From Thermodesulfobacteriota bacterium (lineage in GTDB: Bacteria; Desulfobacterota; Binatia; Bin18), in the NCBI GenBank assembly GCA_964291405.2, contig OZ219926.1:480001-544000 (forward strand): a DNA stretch of 64,000 bases. The letters are read 5' to 3'. The notes under the pieces were generated by a model. It ran no database searches. It was not told the DNA's origin and was given only the letters and a program-made list of their open reading frames with translations. Position numbers and translations under genes: made by a program. Below, in pieces: positions 8,887-18,511 of the stretch. Each line of letters opens with the position of its first letter. The first letter of the stretch is position 1.

Positions 8887-10101
8887 GTGGGTACGCACGA
8901 GACCGCGTGCTGCATCGTTGGTGGGGGTCCGGCCGGGGCCATGCTCGCCCTCCTGTTGGCGCGTCAGGACGTGCCGGTCACGCTACTTGAAAGCCACCTC
9001 AATTTTGACCGTGATTTTCGCGGCGATACGCTCCATCCGTCGGTCATGGAGATACTGGATTCGATTGGCCTGGCCGATCGTCTGTTGAGCCTGCGTCATT
9101 CCAAGATCGACCGCCTCTCTATCCAAACGCCCGAAGAGTCGCTCCAGTTGATCGACCTGCGCCGCCTCAAAACACCCTACCCGTATATCACCCTGATTCC
9201 CCAAGTCGATTTCCTGGACTTCATCACCGCCGAAGCAAAACGCTACCCCCACTTTCAGCTTCAGATGGGAGCCAATGTTCAGGATTTGGTCAAAGAGAAG
9301 GGTAGCATCCAGGGCGTTCGCTATCGGGCCGCGCATGGAGACTGGCACGAGGTCCGCGCTCAGCTCACGATTGGGGCGGACGGCCGTTTTTCTCGGCTGC
9401 GCCGCCTCGCCAAGCTGGAACCGCGGACGTCCCGGCCACCGATGGATATGCTGTGGTTCCGGTTGCCGCGGCAGTCGGACGACCCGATTGATGCCGGCGC
9501 GACGCTCCGTATTGGGCAGGGACGCCTGCTTGTTCTTCAGAACCGGTATACCTATTGGCAGATCGGCTATGCCATCCTTAAAGACAGCTATAGGCACGTC
9601 CGGGCCGCCGGTCTGGAAGCCCTGCAACGGTCCGTCAGCGAGCTCGTCCCCTGGGCTCACGACCGCGTGGACCAGCTCTCGAACTGGCAGGATATTGCCG
9701 TCCTGTCCGTTGGTGCCGACCGGCTGTCGCGGTGGTATCAAGCCGGCCTGCTGCTGATAGGCGACGCCGCCCATGTCATGTCTCCAGTCGGCGGTGTGGG
9801 CATTAACTATGCGATTCATGATGCCGTGGTCGCGGCAAATATTCTGGCTCAGCCCCTCCGGAGCCACACTGTCCAAGAGTGTCATCTGGCGGACATACAG
9901 CGGCAACGCGAGTGGCCAACACGCGTTATCCAGGCGTTTCAGGCGCAGATTCAGCAGCGCCTTATTGCCCCGGCATTACGCGGCAGCGCGTCGTTTCGGC
10001 TCCCCCTGTCCATACGGCTGGTCCCACGGATTCCGCTGCTGCGCACTATTCCCGCCGCGTTGATTGCCTTTGGACCCAAACGGGTTCGCGTAGCAGCATA
10101 G
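8887..10101 (+). CDS. FAD-dependent monooxygenase/oxidoreductase (FAD_binding_3 type)
   Basis: GGGPAG, GADGRFS, LIGDAAHVMSPVGGVGINYAIHDA. Confidence 0.88.
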   Translation: MGTHETACCIVGGGPAGAMLALLLARQDVPVTLLESHLNFDRDFRGDTLHPSVMEILDSIGLADRLLSLRHSKIDRLSIQTPEESLQLIDLRRLKTPYPYITLIPQVDFLDFITAEAKRYPHFQLQMGANVQDLVKEKGSIQGVRYRAAHGDWHEVRAQLTIGADGRFSRLRRLAKLEPRTSRPPMDMLWFRLPRQSDDPIDAGATLRIGQGRLLVLQNRYTYWQIGYAILKDSYRHVRAAGLEALQRSVSELVPWAHDRVDQLSNWQDIAVLSVGADRLSRWYQAGLLLIGDAAHVMSPVGGVGINYAIHDAVVAANILAQPLRSHTVQECHLADIQRQREWPTRVIQAFQAQIQQRLIAPALRGSASFRLPLSIRLVPRIPLLRTIPAALIAFGPKRVRVAA

Positions 10102-10233
10102 ACGCGGCACAGGGCGCCGTTTCCCCGCATGAGTTGGCCGTGATATCACTATGATTACCAGAGCCCTGCTTATGGCTGATGCACACCCGACCAGTAGACC
10201 GCTTTGTCTGGGCTGAGGGAGTGAGGAGGAGTC

Positions 10234-11037
10234 ATGGATTGGAATGCCCTGATAGCGGCGACGCTCACCATCTATAGACGCGCGACAAGAGAGACGGTCG
10301 AGAAACTCGGAAAAGGCTGGTGGATCGCCCTCCTGCCCTTGGTGTACACGCCGCTCATCATTCTTGCGGCAACCTTTTTTGGGCGGATGGGTTTTGTCGG
10401 AGGACTCCTGGTTGGACTGGTCATGGTCCTGTGTACCAGCTCGTACTTATATTTTATTGACGGCGTTGTGCACGGCCAACGCGTTCAGCCACAAGAGTTA
10501 CTCGATAGTTGGCGGCCCCACTTTGGCTCGGTTATCAGCATTCTGTTCTTCCTGATGTTGGTCCGCCTGCTGTTCTCGATGCTGCCCGGCGGGGCTGGCT
10601 CTCAGGCCCTGTATGTGCTCGTCCACCTCATTCTCCCGATCCTGCTCAGCCCGGTCACAGAGGTCATCTACCAAGGCCGAACCGACGGATGGGCCATGAT
10701 CCAGGAGAGCGTTGAGTTTCTGCGTGAAAGTGGTGTGGAGTGGTTTGTGCCCTTGGTTGGGCTGGTGGTGGTGGTGTCGGTTCTCGGCGGTTTACCGCCC
10801 ATTGCCCTGGCTTCGTCGCTCTTCTTTCCGCTCGATATTCTGGCCATGCCCATGCAGATTGGTCGATCAATGCTGCTGCCCCTTGGCATCGGGTTTTGGA
10901 ATTCGGCGGCGGAGATTATCTGGGCCGCAGGCTGTTCTTTTTTCCTCTACGTGGTCATGGTTTTTCGCGGCCTGTTGTTTCGGGCGCTCGCCGGTGGGAC
11001 CCGCCGGCAGCGTATTTTCCGTTCCCGCCTGGACTAG
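10234..11037 (+). CDS. Integral membrane protein of unknown function
   Basis: About 6 hydrophobic segments; RBS GAGGAG. Confidence 0.65.
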   Translation: MDWNALIAATLTIYRRATRETVEKLGKGWWIALLPLVYTPLIILAATFFGRMGFVGGLLVGLVMVLCTSSYLYFIDGVVHGQRVQPQELLDSWRPHFGSVISILFFLMLVRLLFSMLPGGAGSQALYVLVHLILPILLSPVTEVIYQGRTDGWAMIQESVEFLRESGVEWFVPLVGLVVVVSVLGGLPPIALASSLFFPLDILAMPMQIGRSMLLPLGIGFWNSAAEIIWAAGCSFFLYVVMVFRGLLFRALAGGTRRQRIFRSRLD

Positions 11038-11046
11038 AAACAAGCC

Positions 11047-11763
11047 TTACTCAATGGGGCCGAGTTCTATCTCTTCTAATATCTCCTCTTCTTCAGGACT
11101 GAGTTCGACATCTTCTAGGCCATAGTCTTCTGCAAGGTCGGAGTCCAGGTCCTCCTCTAAGGCGCTGAATTCCGTTTCCTCAAATTCGTCCTGCTCTTCC
11201 AACTCGGCTTCGTCTCTTTCTTCAAAGTCTTCGCCTAAGGCCTCTTCCAAAGGGCTCCATTCCGTTCCGTCTTCTACAGTCTCAAGGGTCTCATCCGCCT
11301 CTCCCGTCCATTCGGCAATAGATGCTAGCAAGGGCCTGGCCAGAGCGGTCGGAATGCCATAGGCGGCTTCGGGCCCGGGCTTGCCCATGGTCACATAGGA
11401 CGCCTCGTCATCGTCTTTTACTTTGAAGAACACTCCGGACATGATCCTGCGCCCGCCGACAAACTGAATCGTCTCAACGCGGAAAAACTTCCCGGTTACC
11501 TCACCGTTGATATTTCTCTGGTCCCCCATGGCGCTGACTTCCCAGCCGTTTTCCGACGCCACGTCCCGAAACAGCATGAGCGCCATTTGTGGCGAGACGT
11601 TCAGATTCAGTTTCTCACCAGCCTTGATCCGCTCTTCTTTTTTCGGCTCTACACCTGGAATGATGGCTGACACGGATGACACTGTTGATTTCACAGAGCC
11701 ACAGCTCACGAGGCCGAGGAAGCTCAGGCTAACCGCCCAGACGACATTGCGCGTTATTTTCAT
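11047..11763 (-). CDS. Lipoprotein with a highly acidic C-terminal tail
   Basis: MKITRNVVWAVSLSFLGLVSC lipobox; the last ~80 aa are dominated by E/D. Confidence 0.65.
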   Translation of the reverse strand: MKITRNVVWAVSLSFLGLVSCGSVKSTVSSVSAIIPGVEPKKEERIKAGEKLNLNVSPQMALMLFRDVASENGWEVSAMGDQRNINGEVTGKFFRVETIQFVGGRRIMSGVFFKVKDDDEASYVTMGKPGPEAAYGIPTALARPLLASIAEWTGEADETLETVEDGTEWSPLEEALGEDFEERDEAELEEQDEFEETEFSALEEDLDSDLAEDYGLEDVELSPEEEEILEEIELGPIE

Positions 11764-11795
11764 GACCGCTTTTCCTCTCACATGAGAGCTGATGC

Positions 11796-12671
11796 TTATA
11801 CGTGTTGGGCCCGCTCAACAATAGGCGCGAGTTGCTTAACGGCTTCAACGCCATTGCGAAAGGCAGCTTGAGCCGCAGCCAGTATCACTCGGGTGACGCC
11901 AGCTTCCTGGTAGTGTTTGAGCGTATCGCCATCCAGGCCGCCTTCGGGCGAGGAGAGCAGGAGAACCGAGAATTCAAGGGCTTCGGGGTCACGACCAGCC
12001 TCCCGGGCCAGTTGTTTGATGACCGGAATGTCTTCCTTGGCCTGCTCGGGCGTGAGCCCCCCAGGGCACCAACCATCGGCATAGCGGGCCACCCGCTTGA
12101 GCGCGTAGCGTCGATCATGCGCGCCGAGAAAGATCGGCGGAGTAGGCTTTTGAACCGGCTTGGGAAAAAGTTTGACCGACGGAAAGCGGACAAACTCGCC
12201 ATCATAGCTGGCTTCCTCCTTGGTCCACAGCTCTCGCAGGGCTTCCACCGATTCACGCAGGTGTTGCCAGCGTTTGGGAAACTGCACGCCCATAATTGCG
12301 GCTTCCTCAGGGAGCCAGCCGGCTCCGACCCCGAAGAGGAGCCGTCCGTTCGAGTACAGATCAATACTCGCCGCAGCCTTTGCCGTCGTGATGGTGTTCC
12401 GTTCCGGCAAGAGGCAAATCCCCGTCCCCAGACGAATCGTCTGTGTCGCCTGCGCAGCTGCCGCCAAGGCCACAAACGGGTCAATCAGATGTGCGTAGAA
12501 TTCAGGGATTTTCCCATCCGGCGAGCGGGGGTAATAGGTCGTAGAGTGTGTCGGTATGACTAGATGCTCGGCAACCCAAAACGACTCAAACCCGAGACGC
12601 TCGGCCTCCTGGGCAATATTCCCCGGCTCTCCGGACTGTTCGGTTAAAAAAGCGAGCACCCCGATCTGCAT
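11796..12671 (-). CDS. LLM-class (probably F420-dependent) oxidoreductase
   Basis: AERLGFESFWVAEH, DPFVALAAAAQAT..IRLGTGI, PKPVQKP.PPI, ADGW. Confidence 0.85.
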   Translation of the reverse strand: MQIGVLAFLTEQSGEPGNIAQEAERLGFESFWVAEHLVIPTHSTTYYPRSPDGKIPEFYAHLIDPFVALAAAAQATQTIRLGTGICLLPERNTITTAKAAASIDLYSNGRLLFGVGAGWLPEEAAIMGVQFPKRWQHLRESVEALRELWTKEEASYDGEFVRFPSVKLFPKPVQKPTPPIFLGAHDRRYALKRVARYADGWCPGGLTPEQAKEDIPVIKQLAREAGRDPEALEFSVLLLSSPEGGLDGDTLKHYQEAGVTRVILAAAQAAFRNGVEAVKQLAPIVERAQHV

Positions 12672-12792
12672 GACTAGCCTCCCTTACCTTGTGTCAGTTT
12701 TTCTGTAAAAATTTGACCTTAGTAGGAAATGGCCAGAGACTCAATTGCGGCATTCATCCCACCACTCACAACGTAGTTTTTCTTTTCCCTGT

Positions 12793-14868
12793 ATGCAGCA
12801 CCGTATTCGCTTTTTCTCTCTTTGTCTGCTGTGTTTCATCGGCAGTTCAGCCCTCGTCTGGTCTCAAGACAACGCTGACGTTTCCCCCTCCGCAGACGTA
12901 TCGCCCTCCTCTGTCTTTCTGCCCGGCTACCACGCGTTTCAAAACAAAGACTGGGAGACTGCTCGCGCGGCCTTTGAACACGTACAGCAGCACGAGCCTC
13001 TGCTGGCCGATTACAGCTTGTATTTTTTAGGGGAACTCCATCTCAAGGCTGGTAGCCCGGTGGAAGCGCGCGCTGTCTTCGAGCAGCTTTTGGACGAGCA
13101 CCCGACGACGATCTGGCAGAGCAACGCAGCCCTGGCCTTAGCCCGGCTCACCTTTGTAGAAGAGCGGTGGAAACGCACCCTGGCCCATGCCAAGCAAGCG
13201 CAACAAGCTCCGCTAGTGACCGACGCGGTTCGGCATCAATGCACACTCCTCATTGCCCAAGTCTACGAACGACAGGGGAAGCAGTCTCTCGCCTATCAAC
13301 GCTATCAAGCCCTGCGGGCAAGCGCGCCACGGACGGCAGTCGGGACAACAGCCAAAGCCCGAGTCGCCGCGCTTCGAGAGCAGTACCCGGAGGATTTTCC
13401 ACTCCGGACGGCACGGGCGTATTACGACGAGACCAGGTTGTTAGTGAAGGAGGAAGATATTGAAACGGCACGAAACCTCGCCGAACAGTTTCAGACGCGC
13501 TTCTCCACCAGCAGCCTGAGACCGGCCGGCCTGCTCTTACTCGCCGGGCTCTATAAAAACCTGGGACAACGAGAGGCAGCCATCGCACAGTGGCAGGAGG
13601 TTGTCGAACGCTATCCAAACACTCCATTTGCCCCCAAAGCCCTATACCGCTGGGCACGGTTTTTCTGGAATCAAGACGAAGACGACGCGGCCCTATTGCT
13701 CTTCAAGCGGCTGACCAAAGCGTATCCACGCCACGACCTAGCCGCAGAGGCGTGGAATGCCATGGGGCGTATCTTTCAATCCAAGCAGGACAATGCCAGC
13801 GCGGCTGCGGCCTATCAACACCTCAGACAAAAGTTCTCTCGCACGCCATTGGCCCTTGAAGCGCACTGGCGCCAAGGCTGGATGGCCTATAGCCAGGGGA
13901 AGTATCAAACCGCGCAGAAGATATTTCAAAAACTCGCGCAGTCTGTGCCCGGAACCGTCGAAGGCATACGCGCCCTGTACTGGCAGGCGCGCGCAACCGG
14001 GCGCTTAGGTCAATCCGAGAAAGCGGCCACCATGTATCGACGGCTCCTGCGTCGCTATCCGCATGGCTATTATGCGCTGTGGGCGGAAAAGCGCCTGGGC
14101 ACAACGCTATCGGCCCTTCCCCTCAAGACTCCGCCGGTCTCCCCTACCCCTCGCCTCTCTACGATCCAGAACGCACACTATCAGCGCTACACCACCCTCG
14201 TGGACCTCGGACTCCTAGACCTGGCGCGTCGTGAGCTCGACTTCGTCCGCCACCACGCACGAAGGGGAGCGTCCTGGACAAAATTTTTTATCCCCGAGTA
14301 TCAGCGCGTCAATGACTATACCTCGGTGTTTCGGTTGCTGCCGCAGCTGAACCTGCGTAGCGCGGCTAGGCAGGCCTATCTCTACCCACAAGCCTATTGG
14401 AACTTCGTCCTCACACACGCCGAAAAAAAGGACCTCGATCCCTATCTCATTATTTCCCTCATTCGACAGGAAAGTCTGTTTGACGCAGCAGCAGTCTCAC
14501 GGGCGAACGCTTATGGACTGATGCAGCTACTACCAACAACTGCGGCTAGACTCACCGACTTGCCGCTGAACGGTGGGAGCGCTTTAACCGACCCGGCACT
14601 CAATATTCATCTCGGGACAACCTATCTACGGGGTCTCTTGGAGCGCTATCAGGGGAGTCTTATTTTAGCTTTAGGTGCCTACAATGCCGGCGAAAGGGCG
14701 GCTGACAAATGGCTCGCGCGATTTGGAGAGCTGGAACCGGACGAGTTTGTCGAGAACATCAGTTACGGCGAGACACGCCGCTATGTGAAGCTGGTCCTGC
14801 GCAATTATCGAACGTATGTGCAGATGTACGGGAATGGAGCAACGGTCACTGATATCCGTTTGCCTTAA
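12793..14868 (+). CDS. slt: Soluble lytic murein transglycosylase with TPR-like repeats
   Basis: IRQES, A.GLMQL, AYNAG and ETRRYV SLT motifs; helical repeats; signal peptide; the start may be 12745 or 12793. Confidence 0.88.
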   Translation: MQHRIRFFSLCLLCFIGSSALVWSQDNADVSPSADVSPSSVFLPGYHAFQNKDWETARAAFEHVQQHEPLLADYSLYFLGELHLKAGSPVEARAVFEQLLDEHPTTIWQSNAALALARLTFVEERWKRTLAHAKQAQQAPLVTDAVRHQCTLLIAQVYERQGKQSLAYQRYQALRASAPRTAVGTTAKARVAALREQYPEDFPLRTARAYYDETRLLVKEEDIETARNLAEQFQTRFSTSSLRPAGLLLLAGLYKNLGQREAAIAQWQEVVERYPNTPFAPKALYRWARFFWNQDEDDAALLLFKRLTKAYPRHDLAAEAWNAMGRIFQSKQDNASAAAAYQHLRQKFSRTPLALEAHWRQGWMAYSQGKYQTAQKIFQKLAQSVPGTVEGIRALYWQARATGRLGQSEKAATMYRRLLRRYPHGYYALWAEKRLGTTLSALPLKTPPVSPTPRLSTIQNAHYQRYTTLVDLGLLDLARRELDFVRHHARRGASWTKFFIPEYQRVNDYTSVFRLLPQLNLRSAARQAYLYPQAYWNFVLTHAEKKDLDPYLIISLIRQESLFDAAAVSRANAYGLMQLLPTTAARLTDLPLNGGSALTDPALNIHLGTTYLRGLLERYQGSLILALGAYNAGERAADKWLARFGELEPDEFVENISYGETRRYVKLVLRNYRTYVQMYGNGATVTDIRLP

Positions 14869-16301
14869 CCGTCCTGCAACGTCGTGAGGAGCTTACGTGG
14901 CAGCCCCCCAAATGCGCCGTTCGACATCACCAGTACGACATCACCAGCCCGGCACTCCGCGGTGAGGCGTAGACGAATATCCTGCACGCTGCCGCCGGCC
15001 TGGGCATATTTGCCACGGGCTTGGAGGTCGGCGACGAGTTCGGCCGGCGCGAACAGGTCAGCGGTGGCAAGCGGGTCTTGCGGTTTGGTAAACACCGGGC
15101 CAAGCAGGATGCGGTCGGCGCGCCCAAGTGCCTCGGTCAGGGGTTTTTGAAAGATCTTTCTCCGACACGTATTGGAGCGCGGCTCGAAGACGGCCCAGAC
15201 CCGGCGTCCAGGATAACGCAGTTGGACGGCTTCGATCGCCACAGTGACGGCAGTGGGATGATGCGCAAAGTCGTCAATAATCGTAATTCCTTTGGCTTCC
15301 CCGACCAACTCCTGGCGACGCTCAACCCCGAGAAAGCTAGCCATACCAGGGGCAACCTCATGGGCGGACAAGCCAATCATCGAAGCCAAGGCACTCACCC
15401 CCAAGGCATTCCGCACATTCATGCGCCCCATCAGCGGGCAGGTAAAATGCCCCCAGGCGTGTTGGCCTCGCGTAATCGTAAAAGCCAGTTGACGACCGTC
15501 GTCCCGGATGTCGTGCGCCTGCCAGTCAGCCTGCTCGTTTAAACCAAACGTCACAAACGGTTTGCCTATCGCTCGCGCGACGTGCAGAAGCTCCGGGAAA
15601 TCGTTACAAGCGACAATTGGGGCTCCTAACGGGAGGAGCTCAAGCAGACGTTGAAAGGCCGCTTTAATCTGGTCGAGGTCCTGATAAATGTCGGCATGGT
15701 CAAATTCAATGGCATTCAGGAGAACCGCTTGAGGGCGGTAGTGCAGGAATTTCGGGCCCTTATCAAAAAAGGCCGAGTCATATTCGTCGCCCTCAATTAC
15801 AAAATCTCGGCCGCTACCCAGACAATAGCCCCGGCCAAAATTCCGGCTGATTCCACCAACCAGCAGGCCTGGGGACTGACCAGCCTGGGCTAAGACCCAG
15901 GCTAACAGCGCCGTTGATGTGGTCTTGCCATGCGTTCCAGCGACAACCAACGGGCGTTTGTCAGCAAGAAAGAAGGCACCGACCGCCTGGGGGAAAGAGA
16001 TATAGGGGATGTTCGTGTCTAATAAGGCTGCGACTTCGGGGTTCGTGCGGGAGACCGCATTTCCCACAACGACGAGGTCTGGCGCGGGGCTCAGATTCTC
16101 CCCTTGATAGCCCTGGATAACGGGGATGTCGGCGTGAGCGAGAAAGTCGCTCATCGGAGGATAGATTTCCCGGTCCGAGCCGGTCACCCGATAGCCGCGC
16201 TCTTTCAGCATGGCAGCCAGCGTTGCCATACCAACGCCGGCTATAGCGATACAATGGATGTGACGGATTCCCCTCAGGTCCGGTTCAGTGACATGCGGCA
16301 T
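14865..16301 (-). CDS. mpl: Murein peptide ligase (UDP-MurNAc:L-Ala-gamma-D-Glu-mDAP ligase)
   Basis: GTHGKTTST, EGDEYDSAFFDKGPKFLHY, EFDHADI, DDFAHHPTA, FEPRSNT, MSNGAFGG. Confidence 0.92.
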   Translation of the reverse strand: MPHVTEPDLRGIRHIHCIAIAGVGMATLAAMLKERGYRVTGSDREIYPPMSDFLAHADIPVIQGYQGENLSPAPDLVVVGNAVSRTNPEVAALLDTNIPYISFPQAVGAFFLADKRPLVVAGTHGKTTSTALLAWVLAQAGQSPGLLVGGISRNFGRGYCLGSGRDFVIEGDEYDSAFFDKGPKFLHYRPQAVLLNAIEFDHADIYQDLDQIKAAFQRLLELLPLGAPIVACNDFPELLHVARAIGKPFVTFGLNEQADWQAHDIRDDGRQLAFTITRGQHAWGHFTCPLMGRMNVRNALGVSALASMIGLSAHEVAPGMASFLGVERRQELVGEAKGITIIDDFAHHPTAVTVAIEAVQLRYPGRRVWAVFEPRSNTCRRKIFQKPLTEALGRADRILLGPVFTKPQDPLATADLFAPAELVADLQARGKYAQAGGSVQDIRLRLTAECRAGDVVLVMSNGAFGGLPRKLLTTLQDG

Positions 16302-16339
16302 ACCGGGCTCGGCTCACGCAGTCGTGTTCAGCCGACGAT

Positions 16340-17575
16340 TCACGAGGCTAAAGGGAGGGCTCCGGATTCTCCAGAGGCTGCTTCACCTTGCGTATCCGGA
16401 CGTCCTGTTGTCTCAGGCGCGGGCTCACTCGTCCTCTGTCTCTCGGCGTCAAGCAAAGCCTTCATGACGGCATTATGCAGGATGGGCCGAAAGGCGGTGA
16501 TCTTTTCGTTCTCCCGGCGTGGATGGACGCGGTTACTCAGCAGAATGATGTGGATGTTCCGCTCCAGATCGATCCACACCGAGGTTCCGGTAAAGCCTAA
16601 ATGGCCCATGGAGCGAGACGAGAAAAATTCGCCAGCACTTGACCCCTGCGGTGAGGGGGTGTCCCATCCACAGGCCCAGGTCGAATCCGGCACCGCGGTG
16701 TTCACGGTCCAAAAGTCGCGCACGACATCGGCGGGCAGAAAGGGATGGGCGCCAGCATGACATTCCACCAGAGTACTGACTAAGCGATCGACCTCATCAA
16801 TGGGCGCAAAGAGACCGGCATGGCCAGAGACGCCGCCCATGGCGTAGGCGTTGTCGTCGTGGACCTCCCCACACAAGATGCGTTCACGCCACGGACAGCG
16901 TTCGGTCGGAGCGATCATCTCGGTGGCCGTCTCATATCTTTTCTGGCGTAGCGTCTCGATATTAATAAACCCAATAGCCTGCAGGCCGAGCGGGCGATAA
17001 ATCTTATTCCAACAGTATTGGTCAAGACTCGTGCCACTCATATCTTCAATCAAGGCACCGAGCAGCATAAAGCCGAGGTCGCTATACAGCGCCCGCGCGC
17101 CCGGTTCATATTCAGCTTTTTCGCGCTGGATTTGGGCATAGATGAAATCCCGCGCGCTTTGTGAGCCTAGCGTCGCCAGTCGGGAGACCTTCTGTTTCTG
17201 CGCCCTGAGCTCTTTGTAGTATGGCCGCCAAGCTGGCAGCCCAGAGGAGTGAGAGAGGAGCTGCCGTACGGTCGTCGCCGTTTTGCCACACGTCCCAAAA
17301 TTCGGGAAAAAGCGGCTGATCCGATCATCGAGTCGGATTTTCTTTTCCGCCACGAAGCGCATCAGGGCCACTGTGGTTGCCAGCGGCTTAGTGAGTGAAG
17401 CCAGATCAAAAACCGTATCTTCGCTGAGCGGCGTGCGCTCAGGCTCCAGGCTCCGATATCCGTGCGCCTTGCGATAGACGACCTCTCCGTCTTGCCTGAC
17501 TAAGACGACAGCTCCAGGAAATGTCCCATCTCGCACCGCCTCTTCTAACACCACATCCACCGCCGAGAAGTCCAT
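16340..17575 (-). CDS. Serine hydrolase of the beta-lactamase class C/AmiE-like family
   Basis: FDLASLTK (SxxK), YSD, GEVHDDNA, GHLGFTGT. Confidence 0.85.
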   Translation of the reverse strand: MDFSAVDVVLEEAVRDGTFPGAVVLVRQDGEVVYRKAHGYRSLEPERTPLSEDTVFDLASLTKPLATTVALMRFVAEKKIRLDDRISRFFPNFGTCGKTATTVRQLLSHSSGLPAWRPYYKELRAQKQKVSRLATLGSQSARDFIYAQIQREKAEYEPGARALYSDLGFMLLGALIEDMSGTSLDQYCWNKIYRPLGLQAIGFINIETLRQKRYETATEMIAPTERCPWRERILCGEVHDDNAYAMGGVSGHAGLFAPIDEVDRLVSTLVECHAGAHPFLPADVVRDFWTVNTAVPDSTWACGWDTPSPQGSSAGEFFSSRSMGHLGFTGTSVWIDLERNIHIILLSNRVHPRRENEKITAFRPILHNAVMKALLDAERQRTSEPAPETTGRPDTQGEAASGESGALPLAS

Positions 17576-17590
17576 CTTCCCTCCCTCCGC

Positions 17591-18508
17591 TTATGTTACT
17601 GCAGACTCGAGGAATACTAACTGCTGCTGCCCGACATCGAGGCGAACACGGGTACCCAACGGTAGGGCGAAATTCTCTCCGCCGTGCCCGGCCGGCAGAC
17701 CAAACCCAACTGGATAGGAGTAATCTGCAAATGCGTCAGCAATAACAGACAAGAGCAAGGTCGGATCATCTTCCGTTCCCCAACACCCTTGCATATCCCC
17801 AAACACAACCCCTGCCAGATGTTCCAATACACCACCCTGCTTGAGCTGAACTAACATTCTGTCAATACGATACGGCTTTTCGCCAATATCTTCAAGGAAT
17901 AAAATAGCGCCTCGCGGATCAAAAGCAAAGGGTGTCCCCAGTGTTGCGACAAGGACGGACAAACAGCCGCCCAATAACGGCCCCTCAGCCACGCCGGTCC
18001 GGAGGGCCGTCGAGAAGGGCAGCGATGCCTCGCCTGTACCGCGAGTCAGGAGATTGAACAGATGCGCACGGGAGCGTTCGGATAAGCCTTCGGCGAACTC
18101 ACCAGCGACAAGGGGCCCATGAAAGCAGACCAAGCCGGCCCTTTGGACAAACGCATTCAGCAGCAGGGTGACATCGCTATAGCCGACAAAAATTTTCGGC
18201 TGTTGCGAGAAGATCGTAAAATCGAGCAAGGGCAGGAGACGACCGGAGCCATAGCCTGCCCGGCTACAAAAAACCGCCTGAATACTCGGGTCCGTGAACA
18301 TAGCCGTCAACTCCTCAGCCCGAGTCTGGTCCGTCCCTGCGAAGAATCGATCGCGTTGGAGCGCTTGGGCTCCAACCTGGACCGAAAATCCGCACTGCTG
18401 AAGCGCGAGACAACCCTGCTTCAGCTTGTCTTCTTGAACGGCAGCCGCAGGAGAAACAATGCCGATCCGATCGTCTGACTTGAGCCGAGGCGGCTTGTGT
18501 ATGGCCAT
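17591..18508 (-). CDS. ldcA: LD-carboxypeptidase (peptidase S66)
   Basis: RAGYG, GYSDVT, HGP, LFLEDIGE..YRIDRML, GHG. Confidence 0.88.
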   Translation of the reverse strand: MAIHKPPRLKSDDRIGIVSPAAAVQEDKLKQGCLALQQCGFSVQVGAQALQRDRFFAGTDQTRAEELTAMFTDPSIQAVFCSRAGYGSGRLLPLLDFTIFSQQPKIFVGYSDVTLLLNAFVQRAGLVCFHGPLVAGEFAEGLSERSRAHLFNLLTRGTGEASLPFSTALRTGVAEGPLLGGCLSVLVATLGTPFAFDPRGAILFLEDIGEKPYRIDRMLVQLKQGGVLEHLAGVVFGDMQGCWGTEDDPTLLLSVIADAFADYSYPVGFGLPAGHGGENFALPLGTRVRLDVGQQQLVFLESAVT

Positions 18509-18511
18509 CCG

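Noticed and set aside
8983-9906. 307-aa minus-strand ORF
   Set aside because: Shadow of the FAD monooxygenase, as expected in GC-rich coding DNA
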